From: Terriglobia bacterium
GTDB taxonomy: Bacteria; Acidobacteriota; Terriglobia; Acidiferrales; UBA7541
Assembly (NCBI GenBank): GCA_963695545.1
Contig: OY968796.1
Coordinates: 1,120,001 to 1,184,000 of the forward strand
DNA length: 64,000 nt
Direction of reading: 5' to 3'
Part shown: piece after piece, positions 47,103 through 57,471 of the stretch
Layout of the letters: each line of letters opens with the position of its first letter
How positions within the stretch are numbered: the first letter of the stretch is position 1
The notes under the pieces: model-generated
The model's input: the letters and a program-made list of their open reading frames with translations, nothing else
Database searches by the model: none
Told to the model about the DNA's origin: nothing
Position numbers and translations under genes: made by a program

Positions 47103-49364
47103 TCAGGGACTCTCATGAGCATGCTCGGACGGAAAGCTGATCTTGATGCCTGTGAGAAAATTAAGGTGCAGCGCCGGGTAACCGAACGCCTCTTCGTACT
47201 TCTGGTCGAGAAGGTTATTCAGGCGGCCATAAATTTCCACGCCGCGAGGCAGTTGATAGGAGAAACCTGCGTTGACGTCCACGTAGCCTTTGTTTTCGAA
47301 CAGGCACGGCAAATCGATATCGCACGCGTAGGTTCCGTAGTTCGGCTCGACGTCAAGATCCGCTCCATGCACCACGGCATTTGAATTCAGCAAGAGGCGG
47401 CCGTGGCGCCAACTGACATCGTAGCCGCCCAAGTTTCGCGGACGGCGGAGCAGCGGTTCGCCGACGACGAAAGGGACCAGAGGCTCGGGAGAGCCGTTGA
47501 GCGCCAGGATTTCGGAATTCAGCCACGTGTAATTTAGCGTCATTTCGATCGAGCGCGTCGGCCTGAGGCGCAGGCTTGACTCCACTCCACCGGCGCTCGA
47601 GTTCGCAAGATTGGCGTAGGTGTAGTTGCTGAGATTCGTGCCGCCCACGAAGGTGATTTGATCTTTGAAGCGATTGTAAAAGTAGGTCACGTCGAACACC
47701 GCCTTGCCGCCCATCAGACGCTGTTCAACACCGGCGTCGAAGCTGATGTTTCGCTCCGGCAGGAGCCGCGGGTTCGTGCCGTTGAGCTCGAATCCGTTCG
47801 GGGGGCTGATCCCGGTGCCGTAGCTTCCGTGAATACGCGTGGCACCGAAAAAGCCGTCGCTCGATTGGCGGGCGATATAGGCAACCGAGAGCCGCGGGTC
47901 CACTTGAGTGATGGACGTCGCCGGAATCACAGGATCGAGCGGCAAGTTGCCCGTGAGGATGTCGTCCACGCGCAGACCGGCCGTGAAAAACCACCCAGAA
48001 CCCGGATTCCAGCGGTCTTCGGCGAAGAAAGCGTACGTGTCGCGCGGCAAATTAAAGGGGTTGCCGTCGGCGTCGTCGTTATAGGTGTCCTGGAATTGCT
48101 CGTGGTCGAATTCAAATCCGGCGACGAGAATATCCTTCGATGAAATAGTTATTTCGCTCTGCGTGTTCGCCACCAGATGCATGTTGTAGGTGAGCTCATC
48201 GCCATAGGAAGCAAAGGACGTGTAATTGTCGGTGGATGCGCTGACGGTGGTGACTTGCTGAAAGCGGCTTGAGAACTGTTCGGTGTAATTCACCTGATAG
48301 CCGAAAAGATTTTGCCGCAGGCTGGAGGCGGATGCCGCGATTCCCGGGAAAAGTCCATCGGGGTCCGAGCCGTACGGTCCGGGACTCGCGTCCGCGCCGT
48401 TATCTCCGAAGAAATGCACTTCGATGCGGCGGCGCGGGCTGCGCGAATATCCGAGGGTCACGAGCGAAGTCTGATTTCGATAATTGTCGTCAATCACCGG
48501 GCCGCGATCACTGAAACGCGAGAGATCGTAGGACCAATTGAAACCACCTTCGGAGCCGGCGCCGCTGGTGGCAACGCGCAGCGTTTCGTTGCTGCCGCCT
48601 TCGCTGAGAAATCTGAAATGCGGCGCGCCTTCGCCGGGATCGCTGATCACGTCAATCACGCCGGCGACGGCATTTTCACCATAGAGGGCGCTCTGAGGCC
48701 CGCGCGTGACCTCAACTTCGTCCACTCCATCGACCGGCAGCGGCGAGAGATTGAAGCCGCCGCCAAAATCGTCCATCGGAATCCCGTCGATCATCACCAG
48801 GTTGTAATCGGAATCGCCGCCGCGGATGAAGGCGCTGGCCACAGCGCCGCGCTCGCCCGACTGCGCGAGTGCAACGCCCGGCACATTGCGGAGCGCTTCG
48901 TACACGCTTTGCGCGCCTTGATTCTCGATGTCCTGCTGGCTTACGACTGTGACCGAGGAGCCGAGCTGCGGAGCAAGCGCGCCGCCGAGCGAGGCCGACA
49001 CCACAACTTTTTCCTCGACCGCGCTCAACTTCAGATGCAGATCGGTCGTTTGCGTTTCCGCGCCCTTCAATTCGATTTCAGCGGACACGTCGCTGAACCC
49101 AGGTGCATTGGCCACCACCGTGAACGCACCCGCGCGAAGCCCGTCAAATCGATAACGGCCCTGCGCGTCTGCCTGGGTCTCAGCGACGGCTAGCATGGAT
49201 TCAAGCAAATTCACTTTGGCGCCCGCCAAGATTCGTCCGCCGGGATCGAACACTGTTCCTTGGATCGAAGCGCCCGAAGAAGATGCAGTCGCCTGCGCGA
49301 ACAGCGCGTGAGGCAGAAAAAATGTAGCGGCTAAAAACAACGGAAGAAAAATTCGGAGTCTCAT
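47103..49364 (-). CDS. btuB: TonB-dependent receptor, probable cobalamin transporter
   Basis: Signal peptide, carboxypeptidase-like N-domain, plug (IDGI..VEV.RGPQSALYG) and NLLD motif; preceded by a Cbl riboswitch. Confidence 0.85.
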   Translation of the reverse strand: MRLRIFLPLFLAATFFLPHALFAQATASSSGASIQGTVFDPGGRILAGAKVNLLESMLAVAETQADAQGRYRFDGLRAGAFTVVANAPGFSDVSAEIELKGAETQTTDLHLKLSAVEEKVVVSASLGGALAPQLGSSVTVVSQQDIENQGAQSVYEALRNVPGVALAQSGERGAVASAFIRGGDSDYNLVMIDGIPMDDFGGGFNLSPLPVDGVDEVEVTRGPQSALYGENAVAGVIDVISDPGEGAPHFRFLSEGGSNETLRVATSGAGSEGGFNWSYDLSRFSDRGPVIDDNYRNQTSLVTLGYSRSPRRRIEVHFFGDNGADASPGPYGSDPDGLFPGIAASASSLRQNLFGYQVNYTEQFSSRFQQVTTVSASTDNYTSFASYGDELTYNMHLVANTQSEITISSKDILVAGFEFDHEQFQDTYNDDADGNPFNLPRDTYAFFAEDRWNPGSGWFFTAGLRVDDILTGNLPLDPVIPATSITQVDPRLSVAYIARQSSDGFFGATRIHGSYGTGISPPNGFELNGTNPRLLPERNISFDAGVEQRLMGGKAVFDVTYFYNRFKDQITFVGGTNLSNYTYANLANSSAGGVESSLRLRPTRSIEMTLNYTWLNSEILALNGSPEPLVPFVVGEPLLRRPRNLGGYDVSWRHGRLLLNSNAVVHGADLDVEPNYGTYACDIDLPCLFENKGYVDVNAGFSYQLPRGVEIYGRLNNLLDQKYEEAFGYPALHLNFLTGIKISFPSEHAHESP

Positions 49365-49440
49365 GGCATCCCCTTCTCCTGCCTCGCGCAGGAGTTTAAG
49401 GTTGGCCGGCAGCCGGGATCGTTTCCGACTTTCGCGGCTT

Positions 49441-49593
49441 GCAGACTCCGCCGGTATCCTGGCTTGGCGGCATACCACGCGCGCGGCCTTCCCATCCCCG
49501 AGGTGCGGGACAGTGGCTCGCGCGCAGTGCACTCCGCCTTACAGTCGCGCGGCGGCGACGGCTTCAAACCGTCTTCCCGGACGCGGAGTCTGC
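49441..49593 (-). ncRNA. Cobalamin riboswitch (long form with GCCACTG/GGGAAGGC extension)
   Basis: GGGAA..CGGT..GCGACTGTAA..GCCACTG..GGGAAGGC..AAGCCAGGATACC, closed by a perfect 11-bp GCAGACTCCGC stem. Confidence 0.85.
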
Positions 49594-49674
49594 GGTTGCG
49601 GTGGTCGGAGCCGGTGGCGCAGCTGATCGCTGCGTACGCACAGCTCCGGGTGAATCGAACGCGTGCCTCGCCGA

Positions 49675-50583
49675 TTACGTCGCTCGGCCTCGCGTTCGGT
49701 CGGCGCCTTCGGTTCCGGCAACATCCGCGGGCCTGGAGCGCAAACTCACGCGCGGCCGGCCGGCGGGCCCCGCCTCGACTTCGAGCGGCGCCTCAAAAAC
49801 TTGTTCGAGCAACTCTCGCTGATAAACCGCCGCGGGGGTGCCGACGCGCAGGCACTTGCCGCGGTGCAGCAGAACAACCTGATCGGCGAATTCGGCGGCC
49901 AGAGCCAGTTCGTGTGTGACCACGATCACGGTGTAGCGATTGGCTTCGGCGAGCCGGCGCAGCCGCTCCAGCAACTCCACCTGCGCGCCGATATCGAGAT
50001 GCAGTGTCGGCTCGTCGAGCAAGAGCAGCAGCGGCTGCTGCGCGAGAGCGCGCGCCAAAATGATGCGCTGCTTTTCGCCGCCGGAGAGTTGATCCATGCG
50101 CCGATCCGCCAGATGTTCGGCGCCGACTTGAGCGAGCGCGTTCTGCGCCAGGGTCACGTCTTCGGCGTTGGCGAGATGAAGCGCGCGGCCATATGGGTGG
50201 CGGCCCTGGAGCACGAATTCGCCTGCGCGCGCGGGAAACACCAGCGGCGCATGCTGCTCGACCACCGCGATGCGCTGCGCGCGCGTGCGCGTGTCCAGCG
50301 AGCGGATTTCGATTCCGTCAAGCAGTACGCGCCCGGAAAGCGGCGCAAGCGAGCCGGCGATCAATTGCAGCAGCGTGGATTTGCCGCTCGCGTTGGGCCC
50401 GAGGATCGCAACTAATTCCCGCTGGCGCGCTTGAAAACTGGTGGCGCCAAGCGTGAACGTCGGAATCTGCCGGCGCGTGGGCGAGTAGGCGTAGCTGGCC
50501 TGCTCGACAGAGAGGCGCGGCGTGTCGTCGGAAGGCGGACGCGCCTCCTGCGTCTGCATGGAACTGGTGCTCGGGGCATTCAT
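49675..50583 (-). CDS. btuD: ABC transporter ATP-binding subunit (BtuD/FecE-like)
   Basis: GPNASGKS, LSGGEKQR and LLDEPT motifs. Confidence 0.88.
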   Translation of the reverse strand: MNAPSTSSMQTQEARPPSDDTPRLSVEQASYAYSPTRRQIPTFTLGATSFQARQRELVAILGPNASGKSTLLQLIAGSLAPLSGRVLLDGIEIRSLDTRTRAQRIAVVEQHAPLVFPARAGEFVLQGRHPYGRALHLANAEDVTLAQNALAQVGAEHLADRRMDQLSGGEKQRIILARALAQQPLLLLLDEPTLHLDIGAQVELLERLRRLAEANRYTVIVVTHELALAAEFADQVVLLHRGKCLRVGTPAAVYQRELLEQVFEAPLEVEAGPAGRPRVSLRSRPADVAGTEGADRTRGRAT

Positions 50584-51599
50584 TGCATGCTTCTCCGCAG
50601 CAAATAAATAAACAGCGGCGCGCCGGCGATGGCCGTCATCGCGCCGACGGGCAATTCCGAGGGCGCGATGATCGTGCGCGCCAGCGTGTCTGCCAGCACC
50701 AGAGCGATGGCTCCGCCGAGCGCCGACGTTGGAATCAACAAGCGGTAATCGGAGCCGAACAGGAATCGCATGGCGTGCGGCACAAGGAGTCCTACGTAGC
50801 CGATCGCGCCGCTGGCGGAAACGGCGAGCGCCGTCAAGCCCGACGCCGCGACGTACACCACCAGCTTCACGCGCGTAACGTCCACGCCAAGATGCATGGC
50901 CTCGCGCTCGCCGGTCACCAGCAAATTCAGATCCGGCGAAGTCGTGTAGATCGCGCCGATGCCCACAATCAACGCAACCAGGAAAAACCAACGCAGGCTC
51001 GGAACCAGCGGCGTCGAAAGATCGCCCATCATCCAGAACGCCATGCCACGCACATCGCGGCTGGTGAGCGTGGTCATCAAAAACATGATGATCGCCGAAA
51101 GAAACGACGCTGAGATGATGCCGGCGAGCAGCAACGTCGTGCTGTCGAGTTGGCCTTGGCGGCGGCCCAGGTAATAGACGCCCGAGATCGTCGCGACCGC
51201 GCCGACAAACGCGCCGAGCGGCGGCGCAAGAACAAGCTGCGGCATAAATTGCAACGCCACCACCGCTCCCAGCGCCGATCCGCTGGAAACGCCGAGAACA
51301 TAAGGATCGGCCAGCGGATTCCGCAGCAAGGCTTGAAATCCCGCGCCGGCGACGGAAAGCGCCGCGCCGACCAGCGCGCCCAGCACGATGCGCGGCAAAC
51401 GCAGGTCGAAAACGATCAAGCGATAATCGAGAGGCAATTGATCCGTGCGGCCGATGGCCAGGCGGCCGAGACTCACGACGAGGTCCGTCACCGAAATCGG
51501 CACGGCGCCGAGTTTCAGAGCCATCACGGATACGGCGAACAATATCCCCGCGAGCAGCGTGCAGGTCCAGACCACGCGGCGCATCGTCAGCGGGCGCAT
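50580..51599 (-). CDS. btuC: ABC transporter permease (BtuC/FecCD)
   Basis: LRLPR, RNPLADP..LGVSSG and IGYVGLLVPH motifs. Confidence 0.9.
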   Translation of the reverse strand: MRPLTMRRVVWTCTLLAGILFAVSVMALKLGAVPISVTDLVVSLGRLAIGRTDQLPLDYRLIVFDLRLPRIVLGALVGAALSVAGAGFQALLRNPLADPYVLGVSSGSALGAVVALQFMPQLVLAPPLGAFVGAVATISGVYYLGRRQGQLDSTTLLLAGIISASFLSAIIMFLMTTLTSRDVRGMAFWMMGDLSTPLVPSLRWFFLVALIVGIGAIYTTSPDLNLLVTGEREAMHLGVDVTRVKLVVYVAASGLTALAVSASGAIGYVGLLVPHAMRFLFGSDYRLLIPTSALGGAIALVLADTLARTIIAPSELPVGAMTAIAGAPLFIYLLRRSMQ

Positions 51600-52570
51600 G
51601 CGGTGCAGACCTCCGTCGGTTTTTCCGATGCCGTGATGCCTGAGCTGCCAGAAGATGCGCCCGGTGCGCTCGGCGCAAATAATTCGGGATGCAACAGATG
51701 CGCGAGCTGTTCGATGGCGTCGATCATGCGCGGGCTGGGCCGGTCAATCGCGTCGGAAACAATCACGATTTTTCCGCCGCGCACGGCATCGAGATCGCTC
51801 CATCCGGGAAGTTTGGCCAGCTGCTCGACAGGCGGCGCATTCGCCTCCGCAAGCGATCCCGCAAATACCAGATATTCCGGCTGAAGCTTAAACGCGTATT
51901 CAAAATTGATCTGCGGCCAGCCTTCCGCGATGTCCACCACCGACTGCGCGCCGGCGTGGGCCAGCGCGTCGGCGAGAAACGTGTGCTTGCCGATCGAGAT
52001 CAATGGCTCAGTCCACACAACGAAAAGCACGCGCCGCGGCGGAACGCCGGCGAGACGCTGCGCCAGCGCATCGAGGCGCGCATGCATGCCCGCGAGGACC
52101 GCATCGCCTTTCTCTCCCGCGCCGATCAGACGCGCAAGTCGCGCGGTCGAGTTGAGCACGTCGTCGATGGACAGCGGGTGCGTGACGTAGACCGCCAGGC
52201 CCAGGCGCGCGAGGGCTTCAACCGTTTCACGGCGATTCAAATCATTTGTCGCCAGCACCAGATCGGGATGCAAAGCTACGATTTGTTCCAGGCTCGGCGC
52301 GAGCACATCGCCGACGTGCGTGATGGTTTTCGCGGCGGGGGGAAAATCGTCGGCGCTGGTGTCGCCGACCACGCGATCCCCCGCGTCGAGCTCAAAAACG
52401 GTTTCCGTTAAGTTCGGCGCGAGCGACACGATGCGGCGCACCGGCTGCGGCACTTCGATCGTGCGGCCAAGCTCGTCGGTGACTTCGATGTGCGTGGGCG
52501 GCACATCTTCGGGCCGCGCCACTCTAACCGACCCTGCGAGCGCGAAGAGCGCCGCGAGCGCGATCCGCAA
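51587..52570 (-). CDS. btuF: Cobalamin-binding periplasmic protein (start uncertain)
   Basis: RRIVSLAPNLTE and RPSPR motifs. The start must lie downstream of the terminator at 52650-52675. Confidence 0.85.
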   Translation of the reverse strand: MRIALAALFALAGSVRVARPEDVPPTHIEVTDELGRTIEVPQPVRRIVSLAPNLTETVFELDAGDRVVGDTSADDFPPAAKTITHVGDVLAPSLEQIVALHPDLVLATNDLNRRETVEALARLGLAVYVTHPLSIDDVLNSTARLARLIGAGEKGDAVLAGMHARLDALAQRLAGVPPRRVLFVVWTEPLISIGKHTFLADALAHAGAQSVVDIAEGWPQINFEYAFKLQPEYLVFAGSLAEANAPPVEQLAKLPGWSDLDAVRGGKIVIVSDAIDRPSPRMIDAIEQLAHLLHPELFAPSAPGASSGSSGITASEKPTEVCTACAR

Positions 52571-52649
52571 CGCAACGCGGCCGCGAGCGCCGCGGTCGTG
52601 CCGATCGGCGCCGAAGATGTGCGTTTCCGAAATCGAGATTTGCGACAAC

Positions 52650-52675
52650 AAAAAGCCCCACAAAAAGAGTGGGGC
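52650..52675 (-). terminator. Riboswitch-linked intrinsic terminator
   Basis: GCCCCAC-loop-GTGGGGC followed by TTTTT. Confidence 0.75.
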
Positions 52676-52719
52676 GCAAGGCCACACTCTTTCTCGCGAA
52701 GAGTGTCAGCACCAACTGG

Positions 52720-52812
52720 GCGCGGGCGGGTAACCTGACTCACGGCTCGAGAGCCGCTCACAGTGGCGGGACCGTGGCCGATTTTCACGGCCTTCCCCGC
52801 ACCCACGCCTGC
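52720..52812 (-). ncRNA. Cobalamin riboswitch (short form)
   Basis: GGGAAGGCCGTGAAAATCGGCCACGGTCCCGCCACTGTGA..GAGTCAGG core without the long extension. Confidence 0.85.
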
Positions 52813-52827
52813 TGATTTTGAAGTGTC

Positions 52828-52857
52828 AGTGTAATTCGCTGCCCGGCCGGGTGTCAA
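52828..52857 (-). promoter_or_regulatory. Sigma70-type promoter of the btu operon
   Basis: TTGACA-18-TACACT. Confidence 0.6.
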
Positions 52858-52914
52858 CGCCGAGCAGCGCGCGACGCTGCGCGCGAAAATTCGGCGCCGT
52901 GTTAGCATCGAAGC

Positions 52915-53271
52915 ATGCCTACGAGACCAGGTTTGATACTGCGTGTGGAAGCTGCGGTCGTGCTCGTTCTCAGCGTGGCTCTTTACCGGCACGCCGGAGG
53001 CGGATGGTTGCGCTTCGCGTTGCTGTTTCTGGTTCCGGATCTTTCGCTCGCGGGCTACGCGTTCAGCGTGCGTTTCGGGACGGCGCTCTACAACACGGTG
53101 CATACCTACACGGGGCCGCTGGTTCTCGCCGGCATCGCTATTTTCGGCGCGCGCCCTGTGATGCTGCTCTACGCGTTGATCTGGACCGCGCATATCGGTA
53201 TGGATCGCCTCGTCGGGTTTGGACTGAAGTATCCGACCCGTTTCCAAGACACGCATCTGCAACACGTCTGA
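52915..53271 (+). CDS. DUF4260-like membrane protein
   Basis: PDLS..GY, YN.VH.Y and W.AHIG.DR..GFGLKY..F.DTHL motifs. Confidence 0.85.
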   Translation: MPTRPGLILRVEAAVVLVLSVALYRHAGGGWLRFALLFLVPDLSLAGYAFSVRFGTALYNTVHTYTGPLVLAGIAIFGARPVMLLYALIWTAHIGMDRLVGFGLKYPTRFQDTHLQHV

Positions 53272-53344
53272 ACGTTTTCCGCAACGGAAGCAACTCGTAT
53301 TCCGATTCGTCCATTCCGGCGGAGTTGGGTTATTCTTTCTGACC

Positions 53345-54616
53345 ATGCATGACCTTCATTATTTCCGCGAGCACTTGAACGAATTCGAGGAGATGGCCGC
53401 GCGGCGCGGCGCGCGCATCGATTTCGACGGCTTTCGCGCACTCGATCGCGAGCGCCGCGAGCGCATTACCGCGGTCGAGCGCCTGAAATCAGCGCGCAAC
53501 AAAGCCGGCGAAGAGATCGCGCGCCGCAAACAGGCCGGGGAAGACGCAGCGCCGCTACTGGCGGAGATGAAGCAGGTCGCCGAAGAAATCAAGCGCGCCG
53601 ACGAAGAAGTCTCCGCGCTCGACGCGCGCTTGGCCGATTTCATGCTGACCGTCCCGAACTTAACGCACAGTTCGGTTCTTCCCGGGCGCGACGCCACCGC
53701 CAACGTCGAAGTGCGCCGCTGGGGCGCGCCGCCGAAGTTTTCGTTCGCTCCGCGTCCGCACTGGGAGATTGGCGAGAACGCCGGAATTCTGGATCTCGCG
53801 CGCGCGGCCAAGATCGCCGGCGCGCGTTTTGCGGTGTATCGCGGCTGGGGCGCTCGCCTGGAACGCGCGCTCGCTTCATTTTTTCTCGATACGCACGCGG
53901 CCAACGGCTACACAGAACTTCTGCCGCCGTTCCTTGTGAACACGGCGTCGCTCACCGGCGTCGGTCAATTGCCGAAATTCGCCGCCGATATGTTTCACTT
54001 GGAAGGGACCGATCTTTGGCTGACGCCGACGTCAGAAGTCGAGCTCACGAGTTACCGTCGCGATGAAACGCTGGACGCCGACGCGCTGCCGATCAAACTA
54101 TGCGCGTGGACCGCGTGCTTTCGCTCGGAAGCCGGCGCCGCGGGCCGCGATACGCGCGGCATCAAGCGCCAGCACCAGTTTCAAAAAGTGGAGATGTTCA
54201 AATTCACGCGGCCGGACCAGAGCTACGCGGAACTCGAATCGCTCGTGGCCGACGCCGAAGGATTGCTGCAAAAACTCGGCTTGCATTATCGCGTCGTGCA
54301 ACTATGCGCGGGTGACATGGGCTTTGCCGCGGCCAAGACCTACGACATCGAAGTCTGGCTGCCCTCCGCCGGCGAGTTCATGGAGATTTCTTCGTGCTCG
54401 AACTGCGAAGCGTTTCAGGCGCGCCGTTCGGGCATTCGCTTTCGGCCCAAGGGCGGCAAGAGCGAATTCGTGCACACGCTGAACGGCTCGGGTCTGGCCG
54501 TCGGACGCACCTGGATCGCGCTGGTCGAAAATTATCAACAGGAAGATGGATCAATCGCCGTGCCGGAAGTGTTGCGGCCTTATGTCGGCACGGACGTCAT
54601 TCCCGCCGCTGGCTGA
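53345..54616 (+). CDS. serS: Serine-tRNA ligase
   Basis: [27 protein letters not shown] and TLNGSGLA motifs. Confidence 0.98.
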   Translation: MHDLHYFREHLNEFEEMAARRGARIDFDGFRALDRERRERITAVERLKSARNKAGEEIARRKQAGEDAAPLLAEMKQVAEEIKRADEEVSALDARLADFMLTVPNLTHSSVLPGRDATANVEVRRWGAPPKFSFAPRPHWEIGENAGILDLARAAKIAGARFAVYRGWGARLERALASFFLDTHAANGYTELLPPFLVNTASLTGVGQLPKFAADMFHLEGTDLWLTPTSEVELTSYRRDETLDADALPIKLCAWTACFRSEAGAAGRDTRGIKRQHQFQKVEMFKFTRPDQSYAELESLVADAEGLLQKLGLHYRVVQLCAGDMGFAAAKTYDIEVWLPSAGEFMEISSCSNCEAFQARRSGIRFRPKGGKSEFVHTLNGSGLAVGRTWIALVENYQQEDGSIAVPEVLRPYVGTDVIPAAG

Positions 54617-54662
54617 CTCGGCGGTTTGCTGCAGCAGACCAATCCGCCACAAATTTCGCCCC

Positions 54663-54718
54663 AAAAATAAAATGGGCCGGAGCACTGCGCGCCTGCGGGC
54701 GCGCGGCTCAGGCCCATG
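54663..54718. terminator. Hairpin between convergent genes, U-tract on the minus strand
   Basis: ATGGGCC..GCGCGCC-loop-GGCGCGC..GGCCCAT flanked by AAAAATAAA. Confidence 0.6.
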
Positions 54719-54765
54719 TTTCAATTCGTCGTAACGCGTTCCGAATGTTTCCGGAACGATCCGGT

Positions 54766-55122
54766 TTACATCGCGCCGGTACTGATGGGCGCGATTTTGT
54801 CCACGTGCAAAGCCCCGCTCGCCGTCATCGTGCCGGTCACGGTTACTTCGGTGCCCAGATCCGCGTCCTGGTCGACGATGCTTTGATTGTCGATGGCTAT
54901 AACCTTCTTGGTCTTGTCGTCCACGAAAACCCAGGACTGGCCCTTGTTCTTCACGCAATCGATGGCGCACGCCTTGTGGCCGGCGTTTGCGCCCTTCGCG
55001 CCGCAGCTGCTATCGCTGATCCAGCCCGTCCACGTCATGGCGCTGTCCGCGGCCTTTACTGCGATGGCCGCGATCGCAAGCACCACAGTCATGAGAACCA
55101 GCACGCTCATCACTTTTCTCAT
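54766..55122 (-). CDS. Small exported protein with Cys motifs
   Basis: Signal peptide; G.ISDS.CG..H..CA..CVK.G motif; SD GGAGG. Confidence 0.8.
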   Translation of the reverse strand: MRKVMSVLVLMTVVLAIAAIAVKAADSAMTWTGWISDSSCGAKGANAGHKACAIDCVKNKGQSWVFVDDKTKKVIAIDNQSIVDQDADLGTEVTVTGTMTASGALHVDKIAPISTGAM

Positions 55123-55465
55123 TTTGAATATCCTCCGATTCGTTGGGACGGATCGAATCTCGTCCAGCAAAATTTGTGTCGCGAAAACGCACCCTCAGAT
55201 GAACCGTCAGGCTGGAACCGAAAAAAGGACCGCGCGATTCACCCTCGAAATGAGCTACGAAGGACGCCATGAGCTGGATGAAGCGGCCGCCTTCGGGCAA
55301 AATCATGCGCTGATATGGTTGAAAAAGCAATGACGACCAAGCATTTGGCTGATAGTCTGTTAACATGCTTGTTTGCTGTGAGTTGCGTCATTTCAGGGAC
55401 CTCCAGTAGCCTCCCTTTACGACGTTTTACGGGCCATCAGCCCCCCAGCAATACGCGACGCGTTG

Positions 55466-55494
55466 TTGACACTCTTAGGGGCGCTGACTAAACT
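55466..55494 (+). promoter_or_regulatory. Sigma70-type promoter
   Basis: TTGACA-17-TAAACT. Confidence 0.6.
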
Positions 55495-55605
55495 GCGCCC
55501 ATTGCGTAACTTGCGTAACAACGAAGACCGTAACGAGCGGACCTGCTGCGCCGGGGCGCGCGGTAGAATTACTGATCAAGCGCCGCCTGAAAGCGTCGGT
55601 TCCAA

Positions 55606-55962
55606 TTGAAAATGCTGGGGCGTATGGTGCGGTTCGTCGCGTGGCTTGTGGCGTTCGGGTGGATTGCGTGGTTACTCAAGAGGCATTTCCAGGCGCGCGC
55701 GAATCAGGCAACTAGCGCGGCGCGCGGCGCTTCACGCGTCCGTGTGGCAGCGCCGCGGCGTGTGGTTCGTCTTGAACGCGACCCCTGGTGCGGCACGTTC
55801 GTTTCGCCGGAGAATTCTTTTCCGGCAGAGCAAATCACCAGCGGCTTCGAAGTGCATCCCGCGCCGACGGGACCTCGAGAAGAGGAGAGCCGGGTAATTC
55901 ATTTCTGCTCGGCTGAATGCCGCGCACGTTATCTGCACACGGAACGGCGCGCGGCCAGTTAG
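55606..55962 (+). CDS. YHS/TRASH-like domain membrane-anchored protein
   Basis: N-terminal TM; RDPWCG..HFCSAEC. Confidence 0.7.
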   Translation: MKMLGRMVRFVAWLVAFGWIAWLLKRHFQARANQATSAARGASRVRVAAPRRVVRLERDPWCGTFVSPENSFPAEQITSGFEVHPAPTGPREEESRVIHFCSAECRARYLHTERRAAS

Positions 55963-56012
55963 TTCATTGCAATGCGCTCCACGCGGTGCGGGAGCGAAGG
56001 AGAAAAACACTG

Positions 56013-57314
56013 ATGGGCACTTTGGCCAAAGCCGCGCCCCAACCGGTGCTGCCGCGAATGGCGCCGCGGGAGGATTTGAACACCTTCCGCATTTCGCAGA
56101 TCCAGTTCGATATGGCCGCGGAATATTTGAAGCTCGATCCGGGCCTGCGGCAAATTCTGCGCACACCCAAGCGCGTGCTTGAGGTCTCCATCCCGGTCAA
56201 GATGGACAACGCGCAGATCAAAGTGTTCACGGGCTATCGCGTGCAGCACAACATCGCGCGCGGCCCCGGCAAGGGCGGCATCCGATTTCATCCCAACGTT
56301 ACGCTCGACGAAGTGAAAGCCCTGGCCGCGTGGATGACCTGGAAGTCCGCGACGGTGAACATTCCCTACGGCGGAAGCAAGGGCGGCGTGATTTGCGATC
56401 CGAAGCGGATGTCGCGCGCGGAACTCGAGCGCATGACGCGGCGCTATACATCCGAAATTCTGCCGCTGATCGGCCCCGAGCAGGACATCCCCGCTCCGGA
56501 CGTTTACACCGACGCGCAGACCATGGCCTGGATCATGGACACGTATTCGATGACCGTCGGATATTCCGCGCTGGGCGTGGTGACCGGCAAACCCATTTCG
56601 CTCGGCGGATCGCTGGGTCGCAGCGAAGCGACCGCGCGCGGCTGCCTGATGGTTGTCGAAGAAGCCTGCAAGGTTAAGAAAATTCCTCTGCGCGGCGCGA
56701 CCGTGGCGATTCAGGGATTCGGCAATGCGGGTTCGGTTGCCGCGCGATTGTTCGCGGAGAAAAAAGCCAAAGTGGTGGCGGTGAGCGATTCGCGCGGCGG
56801 CGTGTACAACTCGCGGGGAATCGATCCGCTCAAGGCCCTGCGCTATAAGGAACGCTCCGGCACCGTCGTGGGCATGCCCGGGGCTTCGCGCATCAGCAAC
56901 GACGATCTGCTCACGCTCAAGTGCGACATCCTGGTTCCCGCGGCGCTTGAAAATGTGATCACGCTGCACAACGCCGACTTGATCAAGGCGCGCATCGTGG
57001 CCGAGGCTGCGAATGGTCCGACCACGCCGCACGCCGACGAAGTGCTCGCGCGCAAAGGCATCATGGTCCTGCCGGACATTCTGGCGAACGCCGGCGGCGT
57101 CACCATGAGTTATTTCGAGTGGGCGCAGGATTTGCAGGGATTCTTCTGGCAGGAAAACGAAGTCAATCAGAAACTCGAAGGCGTGATGAAGCGCGCCTTC
57201 GCCAGCGTGCAAGAGACCATGCGCAAATTTCACGTGCATTCGCGCGCGGGCGCATACATTCTCGCCGTGGGCCGCGTGGCCGAAGCCACATTGATTCGCG
57301 GATTGTTCCCTTAA
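56013..57314 (+). CDS. gdhA: Glu/Leu/Phe/Val dehydrogenase (probable glutamate dehydrogenase)
   Basis: GPGKGGIRF, GGSKGG, DIPAPD, IQGFGNAG and EAANGP motifs. Confidence 0.93.
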   Translation: MGTLAKAAPQPVLPRMAPREDLNTFRISQIQFDMAAEYLKLDPGLRQILRTPKRVLEVSIPVKMDNAQIKVFTGYRVQHNIARGPGKGGIRFHPNVTLDEVKALAAWMTWKSATVNIPYGGSKGGVICDPKRMSRAELERMTRRYTSEILPLIGPEQDIPAPDVYTDAQTMAWIMDTYSMTVGYSALGVVTGKPISLGGSLGRSEATARGCLMVVEEACKVKKIPLRGATVAIQGFGNAGSVAARLFAEKKAKVVAVSDSRGGVYNSRGIDPLKALRYKERSGTVVGMPGASRISNDDLLTLKCDILVPAALENVITLHNADLIKARIVAEAANGPTTPHADEVLARKGIMVLPDILANAGGVTMSYFEWAQDLQGFFWQENEVNQKLEGVMKRAFASVQETMRKFHVHSRAGAYILAVGRVAEATLIRGLFP

Positions 57315-57471
57315 GACACGCCGCGCGACTTCGCGCGCGCTCACTTCAAAGAATCTCCTTGCGCTCACCGGATTGCTGCGCGTACATTGCATCTTGCCGG
57401 CTCGCTCCGCAGCTCGGGCGACGCCGGCTCCGCTTTCTGCGGACGATTTTTTTCGCGGAGGATTTGCGCAG

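Noticed and set aside
49675..51678. 667-aa ORF as an extended ABC ATPase
   Set aside because: The N-terminal part is an alternative frame over btuC; the plausible start is ATG 50583.
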